From Hypanus sabinus (taxonomy: Eukaryota), in contig NC_082720.1 in the NCBI RefSeq assembly GCF_030144855.1, positions 22,878,001 through 22,942,000 on the forward strand: a stretch of DNA of 64,000 bases, read 5' to 3'. Within the stretch, counting starts at the first letter, position 1, and every line of letters begins with the position of its first letter. A model generated the notes under the pieces. The model was not told where the DNA came from, did not search any database, and saw only the letters and a program-made list of their open reading frames with translations. A program made the translations under genes and the position numbers. Shown here in pieces: positions 12,171 through 25,561 of this stretch.

Positions 12171-13221
12171 CTGTGTAACAGAAGAAACATTAAATTTCTT
12201 TTTACATTTTTCAATGCTTGTCATGCAATTCTATTCACTGACTTCAAGCTTATACAACTTGTCGGAAAGATTAGGGACAACAGGTGGATATTAAGCATTT
12301 AGACCATTGGAGGATCTTTAAACTGCCACAGTGAGACTTGATTAGAACACATCTGATTGGGGTTAATTGACCAATCTGCATTGGTTAACAGAGAAAACAG
12401 AGATGAAATAAGTTTGGGTTGGGAAGCTGCGAGTGGTTGGGCTCCATCAAAGACTTAACTCAAGGGCAAATTTTCCAAGATTTAATAATAGATAATTAAC
12501 TGTGTGAGATTTACAGAGAATGCAAGGAGAAATCAGTGGAAAAGTGGGGACTGGCTAAATAGACAAGGAGATGATAAATGAAATATAATGTGGACAGATG
12601 TGACATGATCCACTTCAGCAGGAACATCAGAAAAACAGACTTTAGTTTTATGATGTGTGATTGGACCTCCAAAGGATTTATGTGTCTGTAAACACAGTCA
12701 CTGAAAGCTTAGTAAGCCAACAGGCTGATTAAAAAAAAGACTTGATTAGAAGAAATAGATGTTCATATGTTGATTCCAGGGAAACTGATATTGGCCTTTA
12801 CACAGATGTTGAGCACACAGCAGAGCTTAAATGAGTAGGAGGCAAGTGGTTTGAAATGGATAAAATTCTGAGAATGCTTCAAGCGGCAGGTGTAAGAGAT
12901 TCTTTGCCTGTAGGGATCATAATCTCAAAATAAGGCATCATCCTTCAGGACTGAGATGCAATAAAATATATGTGGGAACAAGTTATATATTTTGTATTTT
13001 CCAATAGTGTAAGACCAAGAGGGATTGAGAACACAGAGCAGGATGTGAAGAGACTACAAAGTTACATAAACAAGCTCAGACAGAGGGCAAGAAAACGACA
13101 AATGGAATACAACATGAAGAAATTTAAAGCTTATCCATTCTGATCCAATGAATAGAAAAGTGAAATAGTTATTAAATGGAGAGTGATGATAAAGTTTATA
13201 GAGACCAAGGTCTGATGTAGG

Positions 13222-14098
13222 TGTTACCTATTCAGGCAACAATAAATATATGAGTTCGGCAAGGGTTTCTTATAACAAACAACACGTTTATTAAACACAG
13301 AAAACAACCCCCCCCCAAAAGTAAACAAACACTAACGCAACCGGAAACAGCTGCTGAGCGGCAGCCCAAACAGTTCTTAAAGTGATATTGCAAAAACAGT
13401 TCTTAAAAGTGGCATTGCTAAAAACAGTTCTTTAAAGTGGTATTGCCAAAAGTTTGATATGCTCACGGTCCATTTTAAAAAGGAGAGACTTTATAGGACG
13501 ATTTAGGTTCTCTTTCACGTCGCTTGGCTCCGATCCCCGACGTCGAACTTCCCACGAAGAATTTACGAAACAGAACGGCTTAAAGGCACTGACCTTTCCT
13601 TCTCCACTACCTTCAATCCTTTCTAGGTAAACCTAGGGATTAACACGAAGATAGTCAACGAAATCCTTCCAAATAAGGATCAAACAAAGGTCGGCCCCGT
13701 TTCACCGTAGAAAGCGATTCTCCTCGATCTTTAACTTCCAACTTCCAATCTTCACTCTCCACTAATTTCTCGAACTAGCAGAATCATAAAGAACCTGCTG
13801 GCAATGACCTCTTAAACTTTAGGCATTAAATAAAAACTTCATCCTTCAACTAAACTGCGTCATCACTTAAAACACGCAGTGGCATGAAGTCAACCTGGTA
13901 AATCCAGCCACGAACTGCCCCTCCTCACAGGGTGGGGTCTACCTTTTATAACCTGTAAAAAAAACCCGTCACATGATCTCTACTGGCGGGAAAATGACGT
14001 CATTCCACCATCACAAGACCATCACCTCAAGACCAGTACAGCTTCAACCCCAGTCACATGACAAGGGCACCACTGTCATGTGTCAAGAGTAGGTAACA
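13222..14098 (-). mobile_element. Solo LTR (family related to the 4675-11163 LTRs) with 5-bp TSD
   Basis: TGTTACC...GGTAACA termini. GTAGG duplicated at 13217-13221 and 14099-14103. The empty site is visible in the paralog at ~449-453 (gacgtaggtgcaaat). Confidence 0.9.
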
Positions 14099-15953
14099 GT
14101 AGGTGCAAATGGTAGATTACCATTTACAAGAGAATTTGAATACAACAATGAGGAAGTGTTGCTGTACTTGTAGAATGGCTTGGCGACAGCACCCAAGAGT
14201 ACAGTGGACCGTTTTGACCTTTTACCTAAGGAAGGATGTACTTGCCATAGGCAGAGTGTGATAATGATTCAGGATTGTTAGCTTTCTAAATGAGAAGATA
14301 TTGAGTAGACTGGGATGTACTCTCTTCAGCTTCAACAAAGCATACAAAAACCTTCAAGAACTTGGTAGAAAAATGCAAGGAAGGTGTCTTCCCTGCCAGA
14401 GGAACCCAGAACTTGAGAGAGGTAAGTTAGAACTTACATGAGATAGAAGAGAAAATCTTCTGATGCTGGAAATCCAAGCAACACACACACACACACACAC
14501 ATTTTTGGACGAACTCAGCAAGCCAAGCAGCTTCTATGGAAAAGATTACAGTTGATGTTTTCAGCCAAGACCTTTCATTAGAACTGTACATACCCTAAAA
14601 CCATAAGGCATAGGAGCAGAATGAAGCCATTCAGCCCATTGAGTCTGCTACACCATTCTATCATGTCTGATCAAGGATCCCGCTTAAGCCAATTTTCCTG
14701 CCTACTTGCTGTATCCTTTGATGCCATGACCGATCAGGAAATGATCAACTTCCACCTTAAATATATGCACGAACTTGGCCTCTACTGAACTCTGTGGCAG
14801 AGCATTACATAGATCTTCTACTCTCTGGCTAAAAAAAATCCTCCTTACCTCTGTTGTAAAGGGTCACCCCTGAAACTTGAGGCTGTTGCCCTATCAGAGG
14901 AGACATCCACTCCACATTCACCCTATTTAGTCCTTTCAACATTCTGTAGCTTTCAATGATATCACCCAGCAAGTTTTTTCTGAATTGCAGTGAGTACAGG
15001 CCCAAAGCTGCCAAATGCTCCCCTCATGTTAATCCCTTGGATCCCATAATCATTCCCGTGAACCTCCTCTGGACTCTCCCCAATGATAACACATCCTTTC
15101 TGAGATAAGGGGCCCAAAACTGTTGACAAAACTCTAAGTGAAGCCTGACCAGTGTCTTATAAAGTCTATGCATAAGAAGAACTTTCTGTGATCTTGGTCC
15201 TTTAGTCTGTAGATGCCCATTCTTTGTATTGGTACAAAACACAGATTGATAGATGTCTGGACATGGAGCGCCCAGAGATACAGGACAGTGGTGGAAATGG
15301 CAGTGATGTAGATGATCAACCACATTGATAATGAATGGTGGAACAGCCAGGAAAGCCCAATGGACAACTCCTGTTTCTATTTGATATGCTCCTATGACAG
15401 CTGCATTAACACTGTTATTGACACCCTAAGCCCATTGTTTTGTGTTGTATATCTGATACAACATACAAAACATTCCTCTCCACAGAATCTCAGACAACGC
15501 ACTCTTTGTCCATATCACATTGTACTGTCCTGCCGTTGTCATCCTGCACATTATCCATTCTACTGGATATACAACAGAGTGAACAATAAATCAGTATGTT
15601 ATTTCTTTTGCTCTCAGGGGCAGAAGAGGGCCGTTCAGCCCATCGAGACCATATCATTTGCCCAAGATTCCCATCAGATACATCCGAAATATTCCCCTGA
15701 AAGCAGCTCTCCGCCATTGTCCTGCCGTTAATTTACACTAGAAGCTGATTACGGTGACCGATTAATCTACCAACCTGTTCTTGCGATCTCAGAGCACCCT
15801 GAGAAAATGAAGAAGGACATATGATTTCCACACAGCCAGCACAGGAGCTCGGGATTGAACCTGCATCTCAGGAGATGTGGGGCAATTATACTCGCAGCTA
15901 CACCGCCAAGCCGCCATTTCTGACACAGAACCATGTAACATTGAGCTGCTTAC

Positions 15954-16301
15954 CGTCCGAAACCCGGAGATTCAAATTCGTTTTCAGATCATTAAACCAT
16001 CCCGGAATCTCCACACGGCAGCAATACCAGCCGCTATCTTCTCTCTGTAGATCATTTATAGTGAGCGACACATCTCCTGCCGCAATTCTACCACCAAGAC
16101 TATATCTCTGAGATGTTACAGAAGTTACTCTGTCTCCATTTGTTCTAATCAGCACGTGTCCGCAGCCGCTGAAAGGACACTCTCCCCGGCCCCAGCAGAT
16201 CTCACTTTTTCCATATTTTCCGACAGAATAGCGGCACGGCAGTGTGATCGACTGTCCCGTGACTCCTCGCACTTCTGTTCCAGAGACGAAGGCGACTCGA
16301 C
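15954..16301 (-). CDS. HAVCR1-like: TIM-B IgV exon, intact (HAVCR1/TIMD4-like, WFND motif)
   Basis: Acceptor ggattgtttcag|GT, donor GACG|gtaagc, 348 nt, phase 1-1, open: GRVAFVSGTEVRGVTGQSITLPCRYSVGKYGKSEICWGRGECPFSGCGHVLIRTNG...DSGWYCCRVEIPGWFNDLKTNLNLRVSD. Six cysteines and WFND are TIM-family hallmarks. Exact orthology (HAVCR1 vs TIMD4) cannot be resolved here. Confidence 0.93.
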
Positions 16302-18246
16302 CTGAAACAATCCAGGGAAAGAAAGTTACAGATGGCGCTGAATGGGATGAGCAGACGGGGTGTGATGAGAATGAGAAACGGGAATGTGATCCATTTTACC
16401 TGCCGGGCGGCATCTGAGGAATATTACCGGAAGTTGCTAGGTATTCAAAGGGATGTGGATATTATTAGGTTTTTCCCACATCCTGAAACACCATCCCTCA
16501 GCTGACCCCGAGAAGGATGTGGTGATGAACCAGTATTTCTGTAGTTTTGACACATCCGATAGTCCTGCGGTAACATTTCAGAGAGCTGTTCGGTCACAGT
16601 AACGGAAACATACAGGGAAGGTTTGAAGATCAGATTGTTATCTCGAGTATTGAAATCATTCTCCTCCCTTGCCATTTTGGATCTGGGATTCATTTTCCCA
16701 CTCACATACCCACTGTGCTCCCAAAGCTTCACCGCAATGATCGGGGGATATTCGGTGTTCTGATCTTGTTTCTTAGTCCATTCAGATCAGCACTGATCAG
16801 TCCTCCAAGTTCACTCACCCCGGCAGTTCACCTCACCCCACTAATCTACAAAAACTGGCAGCGCTGGGCATCACTCAGGGTCTCGGCTCTATCCCTCCCG
16901 GGTCCAACACTCCCACAGTCTCCACCTCAATTACTGCGTATTGATTAAAACAACAAGATTGAACAAGTCTAATTTCCTTCAAAGTTGCTTTCAGTTCGCG
17001 GTTTAAGGATAAATCATTTCTTCCGATCACAGTTGTGACGCTGCATTGACAGAGGTTCGTGTCTGAAATGTGCATCAGTAACACAAGTTTGCAAATTGCC
17101 AAGTGTTCGTCAGACTGGCTGGTTGAGTCCTCTCGCTTTGTGTCGCGTTTCAATGTTTCGTACGTGAAGGGAACCGAGGGTGAAGTAGAGAGTGAGGGAG
17201 AGATCAAGAGACCCAAGTAAGGTGATTCCACCATTTTCTGTTGTAAGTCCAGCCTGGTTTGCACTGGCAGCCGAAGTTTGGTCTGTCAATCCAGTTCAAG
17301 ACTGAGTCAAGGTCAGTTGTTGGTGAGGAGTGAAGGGACTTTCAATCTCTGTCCAACTGTGAATACGCTTCATGGTGGCACGAGTCTCTGAACTGCAAAT
17401 TGCAGCCCCAGTTTTACTTTATTCAATCGTGCTGTAATAAGCATTGACACTGGGAGTGATACTGGTGCTGTGGTCAAACCTGGTACTAGGGCTGCCTACA
17501 CCAGATGACTGGTGCACTTCCTAGGCAGCTCACAGGTAAAGGAGAGATGAAGATCAGACCCCAGTAATTGGGAGGGATTGGCTGATAGATGTGTGGAAGA
17601 AAGGTCAAGGAGGTGGGGAGGCAGTGGGAGATGGGGAAATGATTGGAAACATGGAGAGTGAGAAAGGGTGAGCAGGGAAAATAAACCAAGATAATGACCA
17701 GAAAAGTGATGAACAGAAACAACAGAACAAGACTGATTTACCCCAGTCAGTGTAGTCAGTTATTTTTCATGAGGAAAAACTGTAATTAAATATAATGCTG
17801 GGATTGATAATTGCATCAGTAAAGCTCCAAAAAATTTAGCCTGACATGATTGAACGTAACACCAAAGAATGGAGGGATTAGGATAGTGATTTACAGAGTG
17901 ATCACAGTGATTAAAAGAAAATGAACGAAAGGTAACAAGGTAGAGTTCATGGACCATTCAGAAATTTGATGAGGAAGAAACTTTTCCTCAATGCTGAGTG
18001 AGTGTCGTCAGTCACCTGTACCTCCTGGCTATTGGAAATGCCCTTGACGGTGGGAGTCCTAATCAAAGTTCAAGGTAAATATATTATTAATGTACATAAA
18101 TTGCGTAGCCATTTGGAACAAAGAATTGTCCCTGTTGTTTCCGGTAGGATGGAAATTAATGCGGGGTTAAAAGCGTGTCCCAATACGTGCTTGGGCCATT
18201 ATCGAGTCCATCCGGGGTCGTGAGTGGGCGCAGTGTTAGTTGTTTT

Positions 18247-21200
18247 TGCAACACCTGTGCAGCGCTCGCCTTATCTCCTGTGACTGGTCGCCGCACTCTT
18301 CATGAGAAAAATCAAATTCCATAATACTGCACCAGGTGCTCCTAAGACATTAGAAGCACTGGACATCGAAGGGAGGCGGCGAATAGAAAACACACACTTC
18401 CGGAGAAAAGCTTTGTTTATATTAAAAAAAAAACAAGATATACAAAATATTTACACGACTAAGAACAATTCAAAATTCCAACATTCTGTTAGGTTCGAAA
18501 TCTCAGATATCAACAGAAACCAAATTCCTGTTAGTTAGAATCGATGATATTCATCAGAATGACCTTTATTACTCCAATTTGTCTAACTAATTAGATCTAG
18601 TGTTATTCCCTATTTAAAGGTTTCCAGACTAACCCTTTTTATTTATCCCTAGTTAGAAAACGAATTGAATTCTTATTTATGGTTAACTTCAGTTTCAGTT
18701 CAGCTCACTACGTCTACATTTCAAATTCAAAAATTATGTATCTACAGAGCGTAATCCTTTCATGAAAATTCTCAAACACTACAACCTCTAACCAAAGTAA
18801 TTTTCGGTCTTTGAAGAAAGAACCATTTTTTTAGAAAATCAAATTCAGATCTTTCGAATGAAAATAAACTTATACATCCAAACGTTTGAAATCTTCTACA
18901 TCATGAAACATTTCGTTCGCGGGCTGTTTCTTCGAACTTGGGTTGCTCGCCATCTTGTTTCTTGTTTGGTTGGATGAAATATAGTTGATCATGCACGGAA
19001 AGTCGGTTCACAAACTTCTTGAAAAAATTGACCAAATCCCTTGGTATGACTTAACAGAACCAATTCCCGGTTACACGGTAGAGGTCTTGGACACTGGTCT
19101 CTGCCGATATTGCTTCGTTACAGCTGCTGCTTGTTATAGTCGTAGCTTCAATAGATCTTTTATCGCCATCGTCTCTCCTCCAGGAGTTTCACCCCGAGTA
19201 AGCAGGGTAAAGTAAGTAGGGTAAAGATACTCACTGCTAATTCCACTTTAAAACAGTTTTAAATTTTTATTTTCTAATAGTTTTTGGTGTGATTCTCTAG
19301 CTTTCCCACGCTGCATCGGCCACGTCTTGTTCTTTCATAGCCTATTTTTCCTCCCTAAGTTCTTTAACAAAACAGTATACCTCATTTTCATTCCTCTACA
19401 AGTGGATCTTTCTAACGTTACATCTTTGGGTTTAATTAACCTGGGTTTTTCTCTATGTCTAGAAGACCTTCTGAGTTCAGGCTCTTCCTTGAGAGAATTT
19501 TCATCTGTCGTATCTTTTCAAGTCAATACTTCATCACGTGACTTTTTCTTGCTGAATCTCAGACTCATTTGGGATTGACGGAAGTTTCTGACTTCTTTCA
19601 TCAGGTAGGATACACTGATTATACATTTCCTCATTTGTCGTTTCTCCCACCGGGGTTTCTTCAGGAGTGACAGGTAAGTGGATTCCCCTACATCAGGTAA
19701 GTAACTTGCATTTCTTCAGGACTCCAGCACTGGATCTGCAACCGGAGTGGTTGTATGTGGCTTGTTTGGTTTTGGGTTGGAGCCTACAGTACATCTGTGT
19801 AACTGTTCACAAGTTTCTCGACTCCTAGAAGGTTCATCTTCAATGTCAAGTCTTGGTCTGAGGTAATAAACATCCTCATCCTCTTCAGAGTCTTTTGGAT
19901 GTTCTTCCTCTCCAACCGACTGTTCAATCTTAGTACTGCGAGTTGTGTACTTGCGAACAGGGAAGGAGAAAGTTGTTCATTGTTTTTAGAGGAGGAAATC
20001 GACAAGGGAGCAATAGATCCCTATGTAATGTTCATATGGGCCCAGACTGGTTCTCAGGATGTATCTTGTAGACAGGCAAATCACCAGCTTGGCTCACCAT
20101 TACATAAACTACTTCTTCCCACTTATTGGCAAGTTTGTTTTTACCTCGTGGGCGTACATTCCTTATTAGCACTCCGTCTCCTTTTCTCAACTCTGAAGCT
20201 GACACATGTTTGTCAGATCTGGTCTTCTTTTGGTCTGTCATTTTCTGTGATTTTCCCATAGCTATCTTGAAGCTTTCTTCAAAATGAGATTTTATATTTT
20301 GTTCACATTGAGAGTGTGATGTACCATGTTTGTCTTTTAAGAGTAGTCAATGCTGAGTCAACTGGAAGTCTGGGTTGTCGTCTGAACATCTGTTCATATG
20401 GACTAAAGCCAGTCATCTCGTTCCTAGTGCAATTATAAGCATAGACTAGGGGTTTCACAGATTCTTACCAGTGACTTTTATCTTTTGAGTCCAGGGTTCC
20501 CAACATATTCAAGAGGGTCCTGTTTAAACTCTGCACGGGGTTTCCTTCAGGATGATATCATGTAGTTCTGACTTTCTGAACTCCAGCTGTACTCACACAA
20601 TCCTTTATTCAAGTGGCATTCAAAGTCAGGCTCTCTATCGTTGTGTACGCGCTCAGGATGACCACAATGCGACAATAATGCTCCTGTTGGCACTTCACAA
20701 GCACATTGGCTTTTTGGTTAGGCATTGGAATAGCCAAACGTTATTTAGTAAAATCTGCGGCAGGTTCTGTCTGTTGGATAAGACCACTCTCACATATAGC
20801 TTGTACAACATCAGCGCTAACCTCAACCACATCACCTGAGTTCACTAGGTGTAAACTTCAAGATGTGTTCCACTCTTTCTGGGACTTTGTTTCACCCAGC
20901 AATATCTTGGAGCTTTTGGGATATGCTTTGCCAACGTCACTCTCCATTTGTCCCCCAACAGGAACCGCTTCTAGTTTAAAATGAGGCCTAGGAGGACCAC
21001 GACGTGACTCACACTCATTCCGTCTCTTTTGAAGATGTCTTCCCTTTTCCGCTACTAAGGCCGGATTGGATTTTCCAGCAAGAGCAGTCTATGTGCCCAT
21101 CTTCACCACATTTAAACAGTACCAGGGTTTTGGTTTTACACTTGGCTGTTTGTCAGTGGTTGTGGGGTCTTGTTTATCTTCGTGTCAGCCTTTCCTTACG

Positions 21201-22581
21201 GTGGCGTATCACTTGCTGTCTTCGAGCTCGCTTTAACCTTCTGCTGTTTCTTAGCTTGTAGAGTAGCTAGTTGCCTTTGAAGCTAAGTGATTTGTTGTCA
21301 GTTGAGAAGTAATTAAAATTAACTGTGCTACATCGTCTTCTTTACGGGCGCCTGTGGTCTGAGACTGTATAATGACACGTTGTGTGACTGTTCCTGCAGG
21401 CTGCTCCATGTGTGCGGTTCTGGAAGCAGGCTTGTCTTCCTCAGCAGAAAGAAAATGTCACTAGTTCAGCAAATGATGGCGGGTTTTGTTTTTCGTTTTG
21501 TTCCAGGTGCAGCTGTAACATTGGGACATTGTTCCAACATCCCCTAAAAAACTGCTTAAGAGATGCTTGTTAGCTCAAGTTTCACCAACTCCATCTGGCT
21601 TTACAGTCAGTGTCAATGCTACCTATAGCCACTCCAGGTAGGCAGACGGTTGTTCTCCCGTGTTCATGAATTTGGTGAATCATTCATCTCCGTCTTTCAT
21701 AGTGGCAAAAGCTGAATCTAGACGTTGTAGGTAAGGAACGGGTGAAGCTCGACTTGACGATGTTTTTTCACATATTTTCCGTGCTCTATGAAGATCAGAC
21801 ACACCTGGGTCTTGCAAGAGCAGTTCAACTCTAATACCGCAATTCTCATAATCCGCCTCATTATTTGGACGAGGGATTCTACCAGGGAAAACCCAGAGCC
21901 TTACGGGTGGATAGCTATGAGCCATCTAGTCATTACTGTGCACAATGTGCTTGACTACGAGTCTTTGAATATCTGGAGGGTTTAGAGAATTGGGAGAGAG
22001 GGATGGGTTCACTGTAAACCCATCAATTTGTATTACAGGGATTGAGTTATAGCAGTTAGAGCTTTTTCTGACTTGTTAGCATCAGAGGTGTTGGCTCTGA
22101 ATTGAAGAGTTGTAGTCTTGTTAAGTACATCTTCAGCAGTTTGAACAGTGACTATATCCCTCCTCTCGATAGTAAGGGTTTCACAGGTCTGGTTTAACAT
22201 CTCTCTCAAGGTTTTATTATAATTTTTTCCACTGCGCTTCGCTGAGGTTTTCAACTCACCGAGATAAGCTTGAGTGGTGTCTTTTCCAACTTTTTGCTCA
22301 CTGCTTGCCAGTTCAGTGTACAGCAGGGGTTGGAGATCTTGCACGGCAGAATCAAAATTGCTCTCTACTATGAGGGACTTAAGAAATTCTGCACTGGGGT
22401 CAGTTAGAGGAATAATTCTGGCAACTGAGCCAGATTCTTTTAGGAAGTCTAGAATTTCCTCGTCTTTTTCTGTTGCTGTTGTTCCACTGACTAAAACAGC
22501 ATTTGGGATTTTGACACCCTTTTCCTCTATGACTTCAGTTTTTTTCACTGCAGATCTTAATTGAATAATTGGGTTTGAACG
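18247..22581 (-). mobile_element. Gypsy LTR retrotransposon with PNMA-like gag; 5'-truncated, RT/RH deleted
   Basis: gag 22033..22677 (VIEEKGVKIPNAVLVSG), 21680..21925 (PNNEADYE...RARKICE), and a CCHC-like knuckle near 21050-21130. Integrase near 20340-20560 reads [19 protein letters not shown]...PLVYAYNCTRNEMTGFSPYEQMFRRQPRLPVD. C-terminal LRRSSRHREKPRL near 19440-19490. Probable 3' LTR ~19340 to 18247. Confidence 0.8.
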
Positions 22582-25560
22582 GGAGGTGTTCATACAGGGC
22601 CTCTCGGACAAGATAAAGGATGAGTTGGCCGTGAGAGACGACACGGACTGCCTGGACTCTCTCATCTCGCTGGCCATTCGATTAGATTATCGACTTCAGG
22701 AGGATCAGAGAGAGGGAACCAGTCGCCCCGCTCCTCGGGGAAGCCCACAGTCCACCTTACTAGCCTCTGCCAGCCCGCCTTCCCCAGCCGCTCCAGTGTG
22801 GCTCCTGCTACGACCCTGGAGAAGGAACCGATGCAGCTGGGACGGAACCGTCTCTCTCCGGCAGAATGAATTCGGAGGTGGACAGCTGGGGTTTGCTACT
22901 ACTGTGGCCAGCCAGGACATTTCCGGGATACCTGCCCTCAGCGGCCAAAGGGGAGGGCTCACCAGTGAGAAAGTGAGCTCTGCTGAGCCGGATCATACTC
23001 CCTTCAGTATCCCAGACTCGGATGCAGATCCCGGCAACCGTGAATTACCAACAACAGTCCCTGTCCCTATCCTCTTTGATGCATTCCGGTGCTGAGGGCT
23101 ATCTGCTGGACGAAGCGATAGCCACCCAGGCCGGAATACCTGGCGAGCTGGTAACCACCCCCCTGGGGGCCTGGGCCCTGGACGGAAAACTGCTGGCTCG
23201 GGTGACCCACTGTACGCCACCCCTGACCTTGATCCTATCGGGAAACCATCGGGAGGAGGTACGATTCAGTCTCATTCATTCTCCTCAAGCCCCGGTAGTT
23301 CCCGGGTATCCGAAACAATCCCCACATCGACTGGTCTACCAGGAGGATAGCCGAAAGGAGCCCGTCTTGCCACTCCAACTGTCTGCGGGCGGCCCCATCT
23401 CCCAGAGAAGCCACTGCAACCCCGCCTGTTTTGGAACCCCTTGACTTGTCCCCGGGACTTGACTTGGGACAGGTGTTCAGTAAATAACAGGCCCTTTCCC
23501 TGCCTCCACACCGCCCATATGATTGTGCCATCGACCTTCTCCCCGCGGCCCCGCTACCCACCAGTCGCCTTTTTAACCTATCCCGACCGGAGAGAGAGGC
23601 CATGGAGAAAAACACTAGCGAGTCCCTCGCGGCGGGCATTATCAGGCCTTCATCCTCCCCGGTAGGCGCCGTTTCTTTTTTGTGGAAAAGGACGGGACGC
23701 TTCGCCTTGTACCGACTACCGATGCCTAAATAATATGACAATTACAAGTACCCTCTGCCCCTCTTTAGTTCGGCATTTGAACCACTGCATGGAGACACCA
23801 TCTTCTCCAAGCTGGACCTTGCAACAGCCACAACAACCCAGAAATCTGGGATAGGAGAAGAGGACCTGGAATCTGTTTACAGCCCTCCCTAAACTCTCTT
23901 CAAGAAACCACAGATCTTCTCGTCCGCCACGTCTTCCTCCTCCATGGAATCCCCGCGGACATTGTCTCCGATCGAGGTCCCCTGTTCGTCCCACAGGTAT
24001 GGAAGGCCTTCTGTCAAACCTTAGGTGCATCGGTCAGCCTGTCATCCGGCTTCCAAACCCAGACGAATGGGCCGACGGAACAGGTCAACCAAGACCTGGC
24101 GGTGAGGCTACGTTGTGTAACGGTAAACAACCCGTAAACCTGGAGCGACCACCTCCCGTGGGTTGAGTACGCCCACAACTCTCTGGTGAGCTCTGCCATT
24201 GGGAGGTCTCCATTCGAGCGCTCCCTTGGGTACCAACCCCCGCTCTTCCCCGAGCAGGAAGAGGAGATTGCGGTACCGTCGGTTCGGAAACATATTGATC
24301 GGTGCCTTGAGATTTGGGAGGAAACACACACAGCCCTACTCCGATCAACAAATCAAAATAAGAAGACAGCTGACCGACACGGGACTCCGGCACCGGAGTA
24401 CCAAACTGGGCAGATGGTGTGGCTTTCTTCCATGGATATCCCGCTCAAAAACGAACATGGGAAACCTGGGGAGAGTTTCCGGGGACCATTCAAGGTTGAA
24501 AGGGTTATCAGTCCTACAGCGGTCCGCCCAAGACTGCCAAGGTCCGTGCGCATCCACCCATCTTTTCATGTGTCTCAGTTAAAACCAGTCTCCGTGAGCC
24601 CCCTTGTGCCCCCGGCTGAGACTCCCCCCCCCTCGCCCGCCCGCCGCCGCCGGTATCATAGAACATAGAATATTACAGCACATTACAGGCCCTTCAGCCC
24701 ACAATGCTGTGCTGACCTTCAAACCCTGCCTCACATATAACCCCCCACCTTAAATTCCTCCATATACTTGTCTAGTAGTCTCTTAAACTTCACTAGTGTG
24801 TCTGCCTTCACCACTGACTCAGGCAGTGCATTCCATTCACCAACCACTCTCTGAGTGATAAACCTTCCTCTAATATCCCCCTTGAACTTCCCTCCCCTTA
24901 CCTTAAAGCAATGTCCTCTTGTACTGACCAGTGTTGCCCTGCGGAAGAGGTGCTGGCTGCCCACTCTATCTTTTCCTCTTAATATCTCATACACATTGAC
25001 AACTGTCCGGCATACACCGTCCGAAGACTATTGGATGTGTGCCGTAGGGGCAGGGGTCTCCAATACCTGGTAGACTGGGAAGGGTACGGTCCAGAAGAGC
25101 GTTCCTTGGTCCCACGGTCCTTCATCCTGGACCCTTCCCTCATCCAGGATTTTCATTGGGACCATCCAGACAGGCCTGGAGGCTCCCTTTGAGGGAGGGG
25201 TACTGTCATGGTCCCTTCTGGCAATCCCCCACCTGGCTATTTACCTCAGGAATTAGGCCTCAATCACCTCATTTAGTTCCAACCATTCCCAGGTTCCACT
25301 AACTACAAACACCTGCTTTCCATCAGCAAATGCGGTCTAAAAACCCTGTGATCACAACAAGGAGCTGTCAGTTCGTTGGTCGGCTCCGGTGTGAGTAACC
25401 TCATTTCAAGGTTCTTAGCACTACCAGTTCTAGGTCAAGTATCGCTCCTGGAAACCAACTCCATGCTTGCTACATTAATAACGCTTCCTGACTCTGCCTC
25501 CACACCCGTGTTCTGTACTTGGGTTAATTCCACCACCACATCCTTGCAATAAAGAACATC
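22582..25560 (+). mobile_element. Chromodomain Gypsy (Sushi-like) retrotransposon, 5'-truncated, decayed
   Basis: gag [17 protein letters not shown]...[11 protein letters not shown]; protease region 23022-23444; integrase C-terminus (SPFERSLGYQPPLFPEQEEE, GPFKVERVISPTAVR...IHPSFHVSQLKP); chromodomain ~25010-25170 (YTVRRLLDV...[15 protein letters not shown]); PPT gagggagggg at 25191-25200; LTR from 25204 (tgtcatgg). Confidence 0.88.
24653..24990 (-). mobile_element. Short CR1 3' fragment inserted between integrase and chromodomain
   Basis: ORF 24731..24994 (RGKDRVGSQHLF...RGRFITQRVVGEWNALPESVV) with a catagaacatagaa tail interrupts the Gypsy pol. Confidence 0.85.
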
Positions 25561-25561
25561 T

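Larger units (their letters stand above)
13110..17940. repeat. Segmental duplication copy 2 (TIM-B block)
   Basis: Colinear with 330-4000, apart from the solo-LTR insertion, extra sequence at ~15310-15850 and loss of the ~283-bp leader segment. Confidence 0.9.

Noticed and set aside
16400-16436. Small exon QLPVIFLRCRPA just upstream of the TIM-B IgV (donor GCAG|gtaaaa)
   Set aside because: Its acceptor is phase 0 with a weak pyrimidine tract and is incompatible with the phase-1 leader; no support beyond splice-like motifs.
17150-17234. MVESPYLGLLISPSLSTSPS (and MVESASLGLLISLSLS at ~3349) as an alternative leader for TIM-B
   Set aside because: No phase-1 donor of reasonable strength follows, and a better leader exon exists at 2852-2903 in TIM-A.
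22033-22677. 214-aa ORF as a domesticated PNMA-like host gene
   Set aside because: It is followed by frameshifted gag, integrase and LTR remnants, and its N-terminus is read from an unrelated opposite-strand element.
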